Notes: a model not told the origin generated them from the sequence alone. 64,000 nt of DNA from Octopus sinensis (GCF_006345805.1 NC_043014.1:25916001-25980000); one strand, 5' to 3'; counted from the stretch's first letter, positions 1 through 12,034 are shown. Program-made: numbers and translations.

Positions 1-89
1 CTATCTTTCTATCTTTTTTTCTTGCTCTCTGTACACACGCATACACACATATCCACGCCCACACATGCATATATGTATGTTTTCTCTTT

Positions 90-1300
90 TTATTTAAGGT
101 CTTAAGAAAGTCCAGGCCGGTTGCTAACAAAGCAACAAATCTATTTGAGCTAAGTGAGTTCCTGGTTTTGTGGTGTTTGTAAATATGTGGCTGATTTGGT
201 GCGTGCATCTATTCACTTAAAGAATTTCAAATTAGAGTCGTCTTTGGAATGTCTCACAAATCTTCATTGTGCCACTAATAGATTGGATTTGGAGAATCCG
301 TGTCAGTTTCTTTTGCTCTTTGTTCGAAAAACCTGGTGTTTCTAGCTTTTTTTTTTAAAGAATCTTATTGATACATGACCTAATGCACTTATGATGATAG
401 GTACAAATGAAAAGTTTAGTTAGGGTACAAGAGTTGTAAATTTCGCATTAATTCGCCTCAAATGTTCCCTTTTCCTTGGACCTTTGATAGTACATTCATT
501 GATAGCATCTTGTAGACTCTTAAGGAGCAGCTGTTGATAATGTGGGTGTTATCTTCCACACTAGTATTGCAGAGCCGACATTTTTTTTATTACACCATGG
601 GCGATTGGTAACTTCGTCCCTCTTGTTTAACAAGTATTTAGTAGCTATCTTCTGTTCCTTTTAGTTCCATGAGAGGTTACTCTTCCTGTCAATGCTGTTG
701 TCATCTATAGTTCACAATCCATGCATTGCTTTTCGTTGTTATGATGCTTGCTTCTCCTCCAGCCTCGTTTGGATCGCATGAGAGTATTATTAGAGTAGCT
801 GCACAGTTCTTCTCCAACACTGATGAATATACATGAAATGTACTCGTTCCTTTCTTTACTGTTCGGTAGGTGTTGTTTGAATGATACAATGTGACATTCA
901 AAGGCTGTTTGCACTGACCTTTATGCCTCTACCGCTATCATTTTGTTCCATATATCCTATTGGTGTCGCTGTTAATGTGAAAGTTGCCAGTGATGGTTAG
1001 TATCTTTCTGGTTTTGATGTCCAAGTTGCATGTCCATTCCAATATCCCAAATTTTGTTACTAGGACTGGCACCGTAAAGCATTGTGAAATATGGTGTTGA
1101 GATAGTTCTGAGTTCCATATTTTCCGGAGTCTACAGAAGTATCACTTTTGTTATTCTGGCTTTAGTCACAGCACCAATGTATGCAACATTCTCATCGATT
1201 CCGAGATATTTTTGGTTTTCATCATTAATGATAAACAAGTCATTGATGTACATATCCCCAGTGTGACTAGTTCTAATTGTTTCTTGATGTTGATCAAGTT
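90..1300 (-). mobile_element. Decayed RLE-type (R4/Dong-like) non-LTR retrotransposon, 3' portion with internal deletions
   Basis: Hand translation of the minus strand gives KYLGIDENV, LDIKTRKILTITGNFHINSD, a CCHC-type finger (CRLC-NTSVEDNTHIINSC) and a C-terminal QIQSISGTMKIC. Many stops and frameshifts; boundaries approximate. Confidence 0.7.
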
Positions 1301-1399
1301 ACCAGGATATAACTTTAGGTTATTAACAAAGAATGCGACATTATTTTAATTAATTTTTGCATGTCCCAGCATGTAGGCTTGGCGCTTTCTTAACAGAGC

Positions 1400-3015
1400 A
1401 GCCAATACAAACAGCATTAAGATAAACTATCACCCTGGAATATACTTGCCCTGCAGATATAAATAACTCTTTGAAAGTCAAAGAAAAAGGATATCAATGG
1501 ACAACTGCTTCGAAACCTACAGATTTTACACCAAGACTATGAAGTCATATTTATACCAAAAATAATAATTGAAGCACTAGGTTTTGTTAGTAAATGCTTA
1601 AAGGAAAATCTGGATAAACTGGGATTTTCAGAAAGAGAAATCGACCGGCTAATTCGTACATTACAAGTGCAATCTGTGAGTGGAACAATAAAAATATGCA
1701 AGTTCCAAATGTGAATTTATCTGTGTTACGAGGGGCGTTCAATAAGTAATGCCCCTGATCCACTTCCCATAGCAGTAGAGCAACGACACTTGGCACAGTT
1801 ATTAGTCTTTTCCTACATAGGAACTACCCAGAGTTATGCATTTCTCCCATCGTTTGATACGTGACTTCAGAAATCAAGGCTGCATCATCTGGGAAACGCG
1901 TTCCTTTCAAAATCAACTTCATGGCTGGGAAGAGGTGAAAATCAGAGGGTGCAAGGGGAGGAGTTCATAGCTGCACGCCTGTGCTTCTGATCTGGCGACA
2001 CGCGAGTTGTGGACCGGAGCGTTGTCCTGCAGGAGGAGGATGCCTTTGCTGATCTTGCCCCGCCTCTTGATTTTGATAGCTTCTCTTAATTTCCTCAAAA
2101 GTGAAGCATAATAGGCTCCTGTAATTGTGGTACCCTTTGCTAGGAAATCTGTCATCACTACTCCGTCCTGGTCCCAGAAGACTGTGAGCATAACCTTGTC
2201 AGCGGAGGGCTGCACCCTTGCCTTCTTTGGAGGAGGTGAGTCACGGTGCTTTCACTGCATTGACTGGGCTTTGGTCTATGGATCATAGTGATGGACCCAG
2301 GTTTTATCCTGTGTGATCAGTCTTTTGAAAAATTTTGACTCATGTTTTTGGCACATCTCCAAATTCATCCTCGAGCACTCAACGCGTTCTTGCTTCTGGA
2401 AAGGTGTGAGCAACCTGGAAATCCATCTGGCAGACACTTTTTGCATATGCAAATGGTCATGAATGATAGTTTCCACAGACCCGGTACTAATCTTGACCTT
2501 ATGGGCTATTTGGCGAATAGTTATGCGTTGACCTTCCAAAATGGCAGCCTCAACTTGACGGACAGACGTCTCATCAACGGCAGAAGGGGGCGACCAGATC
2601 TGGGAGCTGTTTCCACAGAGTTCCGACTATGTTTGAATTCACAATGCCAGCGTTTTACAAGGTCATATGATGGGGCATCATCACCATAAGTTACTTTCAT
2701 TTCATCAAAAGTCTCCCGTGGTGTGCGTCCTTTCAACTACAAAAACCAGATCACTGCTCGACACTCAACAGGCTCCATTTCACACTTGACTCAGTTCAAA
2801 CACCTGTAAATCAGAAACCACAATTAGTTCAGAGCTGTAATTCGCCACTTAATCTATAGATGTATAAATAAGTGCACATGCAAAATTTCAGCTAGATCAA
2901 ACAACTGCAAGTGGGTCAGGGGCATTACTTATTGAACGCCCCTCGTAACTACATCCCAAAGTTGGAACCTTGTATCTTTGTTGGAAACCGGCTCCCTCTT
3001 CAGGAGACATACATA
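1400..3015 (+). mobile_element. 3' end (RLE domain and 3' UTR) of a second copy of the same LINE family, split by a mariner insertion
   Basis: 1420-1715 reads (with frameshifts) TCPADINNSLKVKEK..GQLLRNLQIL..IIIEALGFV..LQVQSVSGTIKICK, matching the C-terminus of the minus-strand copy. A similar 3' UTR resumes at 2948 after the mariner. Confidence 0.65.
1729..2945 (-). mobile_element. Mariner DNA transposon with both TIRs, transposase frameshifted (DD34D type)
   Basis: 30-bp perfect TIRs (CGAGGGGCGTTCAATAAGTAATGCCCCTGA) and TA duplications at 1727-1728 and 2946-2947. ORF pieces: HTH region, WISRLLT (WVPxxL-like), ITQDKTW, LLQDNAPVH, then PLAPSDFHLF. Confidence 0.93.
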
Positions 3016-3339
3016 CATAAATGAATTCATTCATACATACATACATACATACATACATTCATACAGGTTTTCTGAATATGTTTCTCCAAGATCACTGACA
3101 AATAAATAGTGTAATAACTGATGAACAAGCTAGAGAGAGAAAGTACACCTTGCCAACGTACAAGTTGCTATATAGAATGCCATTGAAAGACTGACCACAC
3201 ATCATGGGCCAAACAGTTATCCGTGACAACTACTATGTTACAAGCATAATTAAGCTATCAACAGGTATATTCCAGGTATATTACAAGACTAAAGAAAATT
3301 ATTAGAATTATCATAGAAAATGTATTATACAATATTATA

Positions 3340-4430
3340 CAAAACAAAATTTTTTTCTTCCAACATAATAACCGGTTTCACTATCGCTTTTCAAATTTTG
3401 AGTTTTGTTTGTTAGCGGGAATTGGTAACCAAGGTATTTTTCAGTAAAGGGAAGGTAAATCTATAATTTTTAATATTCATTTACATTTGGTTCTGGCTTA
3501 AACCCTTCAATAGATGGGGTATATCTTCAATTTTCAATATGGATTTATATTTATTTTTCGATAAATGAGGCCTCTTTATTTAGTCGTACTTGTGTTGAGG
3601 TCCAAATAGCAAATTGATATAGTGGGAAGATTAAGAATTGTGGTTGCAGCTGTTCTGCACATCTGTCAATGTGTTCACTGAGATATATCTGGCGATATTG
3701 TGGGAAAGATATCTGTTATCTACAGTCTGTACATCTCCGTCGATTCTATATAGTTTTTATGGCAGCCCGAGCATCTGATTACATAAATGAGGTTTTCAGA
3801 GGCGCAAGTGAAGTTGGGTTTAATTTTGAATTTTTGCCCTTGTCTAAAATGGAATTCTGATCCTTCCAATAGATTGGGACATGTTCCACAGTTAGGACGA
3901 CCACTTTTCTTACTTTTGCGCCCGTTATTCTTGAGAATAATTTAGCATTTGTGAGGATCTTCTTTAATGTCTTTTACTGCTTTTAATGCTTTTAATGATT
4001 TTAAGGGGACGTAGACTTTCCTTCAGTTTGGGGTCCTTATGGAATATGGGGAGATTTTGGACAACGATGTTAAATGCTTCCTTGTTTCTAAAATTGTATT
4101 TGGACACATAAGATAGTGTTTTCAGAGTAGGTCTGTTATTGTGTTCGACTTTTCTTAATGTTTTTATTAGACATAGTACAATGTAGTTCGAAACATAGAA
4201 AGGGGTGATGGTTACTTCCGAACATAGGTCCGCTCAATCAGAACTGACCTAGGGCTGAACAACAAAAATAAATATTTCTAGCTTCGACTTAATGCTATAA
4301 TTTTAACTTAGGGGCATTGTTCTTTATGAAGTCGAATCAGTTCAAAATTTGTTGATATTTTATCTGGTATGGAAACAGAATGCCAAGTCAATTTGGTTGC
4401 GTAAATAGATGTAATTAAGTACTACAAAAG
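3340..4430 (-). mobile_element. Decayed Penelope-like element (thumb/linker and GIY-YIG remnant)
   Basis: Minus-strand fragments LIYVIRCSGCHKNYI, SEHIDRCAEQLQPQFLIFPLYQF and EAFNIVVQNLPIFHKDP parallel the better-preserved copy at 6920-7634. Confidence 0.7.
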
Positions 4431-4563
4431 CTTGTAATTGAGCACTATATATTATTTCAAAGTGTGTGTATGTGTGTGATCACACACGTTAGTATGTGTG
4501 TGTACCGTGTAGCTATGTTTGTATACACTGATACTCACATACAATGTATGTGTGTGTGTGCAT

Positions 4564-4920
4564 AGGCGCCGGAGTGGCTGTGCGGTGAGAAGCTTAATTC
4601 CCAACCACATGGTTCTCGGTTCAGTTCCTTTGCATGGAACCTTGGGAAAATGTATTTTACTATAGCCTCGGGCCGACCAAAGCCTTGTGAGTGGATTTGA
4701 TAGGCGGAAACTGAAAGAACTTCGTCGTATACGTATGTATTTGTGTGTTTGCGTTTGTCCACCCACCATCGCTTGACAACCGATGTTGATGTGTTTACGT
4801 CCCCGTAACATAGCGGTTCGGCAAAAAGATATCAATAGAATAAGTACTAGGCTTACAAAGAATAAGTTCTGGGGTCATTTGTTCGACTAAAGGCGGTGCT
4901 CCAGCATGGAACAAATAAAA
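4564..4920 (+). mobile_element. tRNA-head CORE-like SINE with internal microsatellite (family 1), near full length
   Basis: tRNA-like head with A- and B-box-like motifs (GGTTCAGTTCC), ACCTTGGGAAAATGT resembling the CORE motif, central (TG/TA) tract, tail ..GGCGGTGCTCCAGCATGG. Many copies occur in the window. Confidence 0.8.
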
Positions 4921-4934
4921 GAATATACAATATA

Positions 4935-5409
4935 CTCTTTTACTCTTTTACTTGTTTCAGTCATTTGACTGCGGCCATGCTGGAGCACCGCCTTTAATCG
5001 AGCAACTCGACCCCGGGACTTATTCTTTTGTAAGCCCAGTACTTATTCTATCGGTCTGTTTTGCTGAACCGCTAAGTGACGGGGAGATAAACACACCAGC
5101 ATCGGTTGTCAAGCAATGCTAGGGGGACAAACACAGACACACAAACACACACACGCATATATATAACCTGGCACCTTATGTACATGACTTATACTGTAGC
5201 CCCGGGCCGACCAAAGCCTTGTGAGCGAATTATATATATATATATATATACGACGGGCTTCTTTTCAGTTGCCGTCTACCAAATCCACTCACAAGGCTTT
5301 GGTCGGCCCGAGGCTATAGTAGAAGACACTTGCCCAAGGTGCCACGCAGTGGGACTGAACCCAGAACCATGTGGCTGGTAAGCAAGCTACTTACCACACA
5401 GCCACTCCT
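4935..5409 (-). mobile_element. Family-1 SINE, full length, tail-to-tail with the preceding copy
   Basis: Reverse complement of the family-1 head (5409 side) and tail (4935 side). Carries a 67-nt foreign-orientation patch at 5165-5231. Confidence 0.8.
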
Positions 5410-5410
5410 A

Positions 5411-5691
5411 TTCTTTTATTTGTTTCAGCCACTTGACTGCGGCCATGTTGGAGCACCGCCTTTAGTCGAGCAAATCGACCCCAGGACTTACTCTTTGTAA
5501 GCCTAGTACTTATTCTATTGCTCTCTTTTTGCCGAATCATTAGCTTACGGGGCCGTAAACACACCAGCACCGGTTGTCAAGTGATATTGGAGAAACAAAC
5601 ACAGATACACTAACATACACACACACACACACACACACACATACATACATACATACATACATACACACGCACACACACACACACACACACA

Positions 5692-5723
<32 letters not shown>

Positions 5724-5728
5724 CACAT
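5411..5728 (-). mobile_element. Family-1 SINE tail half plus (CA)/(CATA)/(CACG) microsatellite
   Basis: Reverse complement of the family-1 tail, followed by compound simple repeats. Confidence 0.7.
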
Positions 5729-6035
5729 ACATATATTGATAAAAATGGTAAGACAACAGAAGAATGAAAGAGACCTCGATATTATGTAAATTGAGAAATT
5801 TATCTGTAAATGTAATATGTGGCAATTATTCAGTAGCCATGATAAAACTCCGAGTTTCGGATGCCGAGGTGGAAATCCACGCCGTCATCTCTTCAGTTAT
5901 CTGGCCATCGGGAAAATGCTATGAAAATAACCTTTATACAAAGGGAAATTACTGTGTGATTGACCGTTATTAAGACAAAAGAGCTATTTGAATGATCGCT
6001 TACACGAATACTATGAACATTTTTACCCCCTTACT

Positions 6036-6152
6036 TTGGTCGGCCCGTGGTTATAGTAGAAGATAATTTCCCAAGGTGCCACGCAGTGGGACTGAACCTA
6101 GAACCATGTGATTGGTAAGCAAGCTACTTACCACACAGCCACTCCTGCGCCT
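6036..6152 (-). mobile_element. Family-1 SINE head fragment
   Basis: Closely matches 5300-5409. Confidence 0.7.
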
Positions 6153-6496
6153 ATATATATACGCTAAAATCTTGTAGCATCAAGACACAATGCATTTATC
6201 AATGTGGGTATGAACATTTTTCAAGAACCTATTTAGTTTTGCTATTTTAAGGATGATTTACCAATAGAATTTTTGAGCGAAGGGGAAGTTTTAAGTAATT
6301 GTTATCACTTATATACAAATAATTCGGGAAATTCCGTATGCGACTCGGTGACAGCTGAAGAACTTAGAAAACTTATAACCGATCGGGTATTGCAGTATAA
6401 AAATGAATTACGGTCACTGCACTGGTGATATCTCGCTACTCGAGTATTTTGAAAATGAAGCATGTCTGAGTGCTCTGTTTAGTAATATTTACGCAA

Positions 6497-6650
6497 AAGC
6501 AGCTGTGTGGTAAGAAGTTTGCTTCCCAATCTCATGGGCCAGGGTTCAGTCGCACAACCTGGCACCTTATGTACATGACTTATACTGTAGCCTCGGGCCG
6601 ACCAAAGCCTTGTGAGCGAATTTGCTGGGCGGAAAAAGTCCGTCGTATAC

Positions 6651-6683
<33 letters not shown>

Positions 6684-6700
6684 ACCGCGTGTGTATCGGT
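6497..6700 (+). mobile_element. Diverged family-1 SINE head and CORE half
   Basis: GCTGTGTGGTAAGAAGTTTGCTTCCCAA..GGGTTCAGTC..GCCTCGGGCCGACCAAAGCCTTGTGAG, then (TG)n. Confidence 0.7.
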
Positions 6701-6873
6701 GACGATTTTCTTTCTCCATCTTCCCTACTTTGGACTTTTTCTATATTTCTGACGAAGAGGTCCGCTCGAGACGTGAAATCCTCCTTCTTTCTTTCCTTTC
6801 CTGAGCGTCCAATAACACTGTACTTATTCCACGTCCTCGCATTGTTGTTTTTCTTGCTTGTTCATGTTTGGAT

Positions 6874-6914
<41 letters not shown>

Positions 6915-6919
6915 CTATC

Positions 6920-8420
6920 CACCTTCACTTATTGACAAGTGCATTCAACGTGCCCTTCAACTTAACATCAAGGAACTGAGACATCCCAAATCAAAGAAAA
7001 ACTTACAACCAAAAGCCTTACCATACATCTCCACACACAACCCTCTCAATAACGAAGCCTTCGACACCATCCTCCACAACATACCCCTCCTAAAAAAAGA
7101 CCACAGAATGAACACAATCCTCCAAACACACACGATCATAAAAAGCAAAAGACAGCCTAGATCCATGAAAAGTCTCCTTACACAAGCCCGAATTCACTCC
7201 TCAACACAGAAGCCGACAGTAAAAAATGTGGAAGACCCAATTGCGGGATATGCGACTATCTAATTGAGGGATCAGAGTTCTCCTTCAAGCAGGGACAACG
7301 GTTTACAGTGAAAAGCAACTTCACATGTGCTTCGGAGAACCTAATATACTCACTAACCTGCTCCGGGTGTCAAGAGCAGTACATAGGCCAAACAAAAAAT
7401 GGTTTGCGTAAACGAATGGCCCTGCACAGATCCCAGATAAAAATTCCCCAAAACAGAAAAATAGCTTTTAGCCAACACATAGATACTTGCGCCAACAAAA
7501 AAACACCAAACTTCAGAATTTTCCCCCTCTACCAATTTAGGGACGATACAACCTCGAGACAACGAATAAGTAAAGAAAATCTCTTTATTACAAAATACAA
7601 GCCACTTCTAAACGGGTCTACGACAAACAATTAATATACCTCAACTTTAGAATAAACGAAAAAATATATATACACACACAAATATTACACTCCATAGAAT
7701 CCATTACTAATCAGCCCCTTCATAGCTATACTTACACCCATTCATATTCCCCCTTCTCTGTTTTTTTCTTCTTCTTCTTCCTCTTCTTCTTCATCATCAT
7801 CATTATCATCATCGTCGTCGTCATCATCATCACCACCATCATCACCACCATCTTCTCCTCCTTCTTCTTCATCATCATCATCATCATCATTATCATCATC
7901 ATCGTCGTCATAATCATCACCACCACCACCATCATCGTCATCTTCTCCTTCTCCTTCTTCTTCTTCTTCTTCTACTTCTCCACCCCCTACCCCTTAACTT
8001 TGTCACTAATGTTTTTTAGTATAACACCTACGCTAATTCTATAAACAAGCCTGTCAATATAAATATTCTCCTGAATTGAACTGAGACTGCCAGCCGCCAC
8101 TGACCATTCAAAATACGACCATCAGGGCACTCCCAGATTCTCCCATCCCCCTTTCCCCACCAGCCTTCTTCCTCTACTACCCTTCCAAGAACTCACAACG
8201 ACCTCCGACACACAAGTGCAAACAAGGGAGTCAGAGAAAGGCAGAATGCCACTTAAATCTGAACACTACTATAGAAATATTCTTTTAAAAAAACTTTTCT
8301 TCTAATTTTTCTAAATTTAATTATTTAATCGTTACAGTTGAAAAGGTCTCAAAATGACCGAAACCGGTACTGAAATGTTCACTATAAAATTATTATAGCA
8401 TTTTCTATTTTTGACTTGTT
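6920..8420 (+). mobile_element. Penelope-like element, 3' part with GIY-YIG endonuclease ORF (7308-7634)
   Basis: ORF ..NLIYSLTCSGCQEQYIGQT..KRMALHRSQI..FSQHIDTC..FRIFPLYQF..KENLFITKYKPLLN is a GIY-YIG domain. A degenerate hammerhead-like motif lies at 8335-8372. Confidence 0.8.
7735..7985. repeat. Compound trinucleotide repeat (CTT/CAT/CAC/CGT)
   Basis: Directly visible. It accounts for the low-complexity ORF at 7732-7941. Confidence 0.9.
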
Positions 8421-8421
8421 T

Positions 8422-8457
<36 letters not shown>

Positions 8458-8479
8458 CATATATGTATGTATATATGTA

Positions 8480-8680
8480 TTTATGTATCTGTGTATCTTT
8501 GTGTCTATGTTTGGCAACCGGTAGTGGTGTGTTTGTGTCCCTGTAACTTAGCAGCTCAGCAAAAGAAATCGATAGAATAAGTGACAGGCTTAAAAAAGAA
8601 GTATTGGGGTCAATTCATTCGACTAAAAATTCAAGGGGTGCCCCAGCATATTCGTAGTCTAATGACTGAAACAAGTAAAA
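8480..8680 (+). mobile_element. Family-1 SINE tail fragment
   Basis: Similar to the tail of 4564-4920 (..GATAGAATAAGT..GGGGTCAATTCATTCGACTAAA..AATGACTGAAACAAGTAAAA). Confidence 0.65.
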
Positions 8681-9152
8681 TATAACAATAACAGAGAATC
8701 CCAATATATACTTCAGAAACTGTTCCTTACGTAAGATATGAGAGAATTCGGACGCCTAATCAGCTACAAGTTACCAACAAAACAGCTTATAGGTAATCAA
8801 AGAAGCCAACCAGTTAATAAATAGAACATCCAATGAATTGGCAAAAGAAACAATAGCCACAGACGACGCCATAATAAAGAGGCATTAGAAACCAATCAAT
8901 GAAAGCGATAGTGATCCACAAATGAATGAACCCACTTAATGTCTATAAATTTGACCGAATAACGAAAGAAGTTACTTCTTGTTTGAAGACTGCAGTGGCG
9001 TGAAATTTTAGTAGGATAAACAATTCAAAGCACACGTATGTATCGTGCACTATGTATCGTGAACTCTTTTTGTTTTTACCAATAAAATGTAACATTTGAA
9101 TGCACGCACACGCATACGCACAATCACACACACAAACACATACGCGCACGAA

Positions 9153-9350
9153 TACTGATCATATTGTAGACATTTACTATACCATTGATCATGTTGTGAT
9201 ATTGATCTTATTGTGTATACATTGATCATATTCTAATCACTGATCATATTGCAGACGTTGATTACATTGTAGACATGATCATTTTGCGACTGTTGATCCT
9301 ATTGAAGACACTGATCTAAATGCAGCTACTGATCATATTGTAATCATATC
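9153..9350. repeat. Degenerate minisatellite, core TGATCATATTG
   Basis: The motif (A/T)TGATC(A/T/C)TATTG recurs about every 18-20 nt. Confidence 0.7.
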
Positions 9351-9867
9351 GTAAACATAGAATCTGACAGCAGCATAGTCACTGATCGTTGCGCTGACAT
9401 TAATAATAACGTTGCTATTTATAATTAAACAAGCAAACAAATAACCGAGACTGGCGAATATGATTAGAGCTATCATATTGTGGTCGCTTTTCAAACAATA
9501 AAACTATTCCTTGTTCATGTTGCAAACAATTAACAAAAAAGAGATTAACTCATTAATTAAAGCCATTTAAATTCATTGTCATAACAACGCATTTATTGAA
9601 TAACTCTTATGTCGGTATTTATTTATTTTGTGTCACGCAAAGAGAAATGTATAGTTTCATCCGAGTTATTATCTGTGGGTAGTATATACCTCGATAAATA
9701 TTGGTTGGTTGTAAGAAAGAGGATGTGGTATTCACCCTAAGATTAACTTTAGTACCCGATGATATCAATCTTCACTTTAGTTTTAACACTATTTCCCTAT
9801 TATTCCAGTCTTTGCAATAATTTCTCTGCGATTGGATGGATTTTCAATTAGTATACTATGAAGGAAA

Positions 9868-10270
9868 ATATTCTTTTCTACTCTAGGCACAAGGCCCAAC
9901 ATTTTTGGGGAGGGGGCCAGTCGATTAGATCGACTCCAGTACGCAACTGGTACTTAATTTATCGACCCCGAAAAGATGAAAGGCAAAGTCGACCTCGGCG
10001 GAATTTGAACTCAGAATGTAAAGACAGACGAAATACCTATTTTTTTACTGCCCACAAGAGGCTACACACAGAGGGGACAAACAAGGACAGACAAACGGAT
10101 TAAGTCGATTATATCGACCCCAGTGCGTAACTGGTACATATTTAATCGACCCCGAAAGGATGAAAGGCAAAGTTGACCTCGGCGGAATTTGAACTCAGAA
10201 CGTAGTGGCAGATAAAATACCACTAAGCATTTCGCCCGGCGTGCTAACGGTTCTACAAGCTCGCCGCCTT
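9868..10270 (-). mobile_element. Two adjacent tRNA-head SINEs with a Nin/Deu-type central domain (family 2), carrying two different 3' tails
   Basis: On minus: GGCGGCGAGCT..head, B-box GAGTTCAAATTCC, central CTTTGCCTTTCATCCTTTCGGGGTCGAT..GTACCA (Nin/Deu-like). Copy 1 is ~10040-10270 and copy 2 ~9868-10040. Both tails end in a CUUGU-loop hairpin. Confidence 0.8.
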
Positions 10271-10557
10271 GACTATGAAGGAAAATATCGAACCGAAGGA
10301 GCGTAGTTTTCAATATTGTAAGTTTATAACATTGAAATGAAAAAGCGTAGTTTTCTATATTCTAAAATTTATCTCATTGACATATGCTATGCATTTAAGA
10401 TATAGATATTTGACGTCATTATGACGGCACAGCTGCGCTTGTAATTATTAACAGCTTCCTCATGTTTCATCTGAATGCACAATACGTTCTGCATTCAGCT
10501 ACACGTTTATAAAACTTCTTAATAATCACTGTATAATGGGAAATGTTCTGTTTGCAG

Positions 10558-10685
10558 ATTATATGAACTTTATCCAGCAAGACGAAATGACACAGAAAAT
10601 AGAACTGCCTGGCAACAAGGTTACTACCAGTTAGCTGTAATAGGCAGCACTATGGGTATATCAATTATTGGTGGTATATTCACAG
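10558..10685 (+). CDS. Rh: Rh-family ammonia channel paralogue A, penultimate coding exon (last TM helix)
   Basis: Acceptor tttgcag and donor gtaaat. Phase 2 in, phase 1 out. Reads LYELYPARRNDTENRTAWQQGYYQLAVIGSTMGISIIGGIFT-G, matching the Rh RTA..QG.YQ..GG..TG motif. No upstream RhA exon found in 1-10557. Confidence 0.88.
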
Positions 10686-10829
10686 GTAAATAACAAGTTT
10701 TACTTGATTTCTTTGGATGTAGAGTTATAAAACGCAGTGTTACGAGTTGATTATGCTATACAAACATGTACTTATTTGATATAAAAAATTATATAAAAAA
10801 ATTTAATAGGTACAGAAGGATCCCTGTTT

Positions 10830-11572
10830 TTTTCCCTGGATAGTCAGAGATTTGGTTTAAATAACTGCAACATTGACGATTCATGAGATACAGCCATCGA
10901 CCAGCGAGAGGCGTTAAACCGGCCACAAGTTAAGTATACAACCACCATACAAGAACAATTCTTCTGACGAGCTTTTACTCACATATTCCACTCACAAAGT
11001 GGCAGGCTCGATGTTTGGGTCTCACATAAATTGAAAGAGGCTAACATTGTCAAACGGACTTCCATCTGCGATTTGTTGGAGAAACGTAAAGAAAACGATT
11101 CTTACTTTTAAAGAGGGTGGTGACGGGACAAAAATCATCAATTCGGATATGTATTGTGACTAGGTGGACAAATTAAACGCAACGATCAACCAGAAGTATC
11201 TAGTAGGTTGGAGGTTGTTTGTGGTTGTTTGCCGCGTTAATCGTAGGAGACCTGTCCTTCATCACAACAATTCCTGATTGCACGCTTCTTTGCAGACGCC
11301 GCTGAATTCTACGGAGCTTGGTTGGGATATTTTACTGCATGCTCCATATTCCCTTCACCATGCATCTTCAGATTTCTACCTGTTTCGATCTATTCAAAAT
11401 TTATTGACAGGCGTAGGAGTGGCTGCGTGGTAAGTAGCTTGTTTACCAGCCACATGGTTCCGGGTTCAGTCCCACTGCGTTGCACCGTGGGCAAGTGTCT
11501 TCTACCATAGCCTCGGGTCACCCAAAGCCTTGTGAGTGGATTTGGTAGACGGAAACTGAAAGAAGCCCGTCG

Positions 11573-11620
<48 letters not shown>

Positions 11621-11700
11621 CAATAAAAGCAATTAAGATTCAAGTCAATTCTAATGAATTTACTTGAATGCGGTACTTAACTTAGATGCACCAGAAAACT
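10830..11700 (+). mobile_element. Decayed mariner remnant interrupted by a family-1 SINE
   Basis: Fragment GWDILLHAPYSLHHASSDFYLFRSIQN (YSPDLAPSD-like) and VVTG near the first catalytic Asp. No intact ORF. Confidence 0.6.
11408..11620 (+). mobile_element. Family-1 SINE head and CORE half ending in (TA)n
   Basis: AGGCGTAGGAGTGGCTGCGTGGTAAGTAGCTTG..GGGTTCAGTCCC..GAAAGAAGCCCGTCG, then (TA)n. Confidence 0.85.
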
Positions 11701-11812
11701 ATATGGTGTTAACCATACAGTAATGTGGGGTGATTATAAACGAGAAAGAAGCAACAAGAATGGATTAGTTTTTAGTACAATTGTTTCATACAAAGACAGG
11801 CTTTATTAAAAG

Positions 11813-11934
11813 TTGCAAATATTGCAGCAGATAAAAGTGTCCCGCATTCATCAGCTAAAACACATATGTTTGGGGAACTCATATGTGTTTTAGCTGATGA
11901 GTACGGGACACTTTATCTGCTGCAATATTTGCAA
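11813..11934. repeat. Near-perfect palindrome (arms ~55 bp) abutting the assembly gap
   Basis: TTGCAAATATTGCAGCAGATAAA..CACATATG / loop / CATATGTG..TTTATCTGCTGCAATATTTGCAA. Confidence 0.9.
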
Positions 11935-12034
11935 NNNNNNNNNNNNNNNNNNNNNNNNNNNNNNNNNNNNNNNNNNNNNNNNNNNNNNNNNNNNNNNNNN
12001 NNNNNNNNNNNNNNNNNNNNNNNNNNNNNNNNNN
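11935..12034. other. Assembly gap (100 N) inside the last intron of RhA
   Basis: Run of N. Confidence 1.

Noticed and set aside
800-832. CTGATGA..GAAA hammerhead-like string
   Set aside because: Stems I and III do not pair, and it lies antisense within a LINE coding remnant.
6748-6785. Hammerhead-like CTGACGA..GAGA..TG (similar motif at ~13268-13300 on minus)
   Set aside because: The GAAA or core and the cleavage triplet are mutated; at best dead relics.
1-10557. Upstream RhA exon with the DTCGV.NLHG motif
   Set aside because: Searched by eye and not found; it probably lies before the window.
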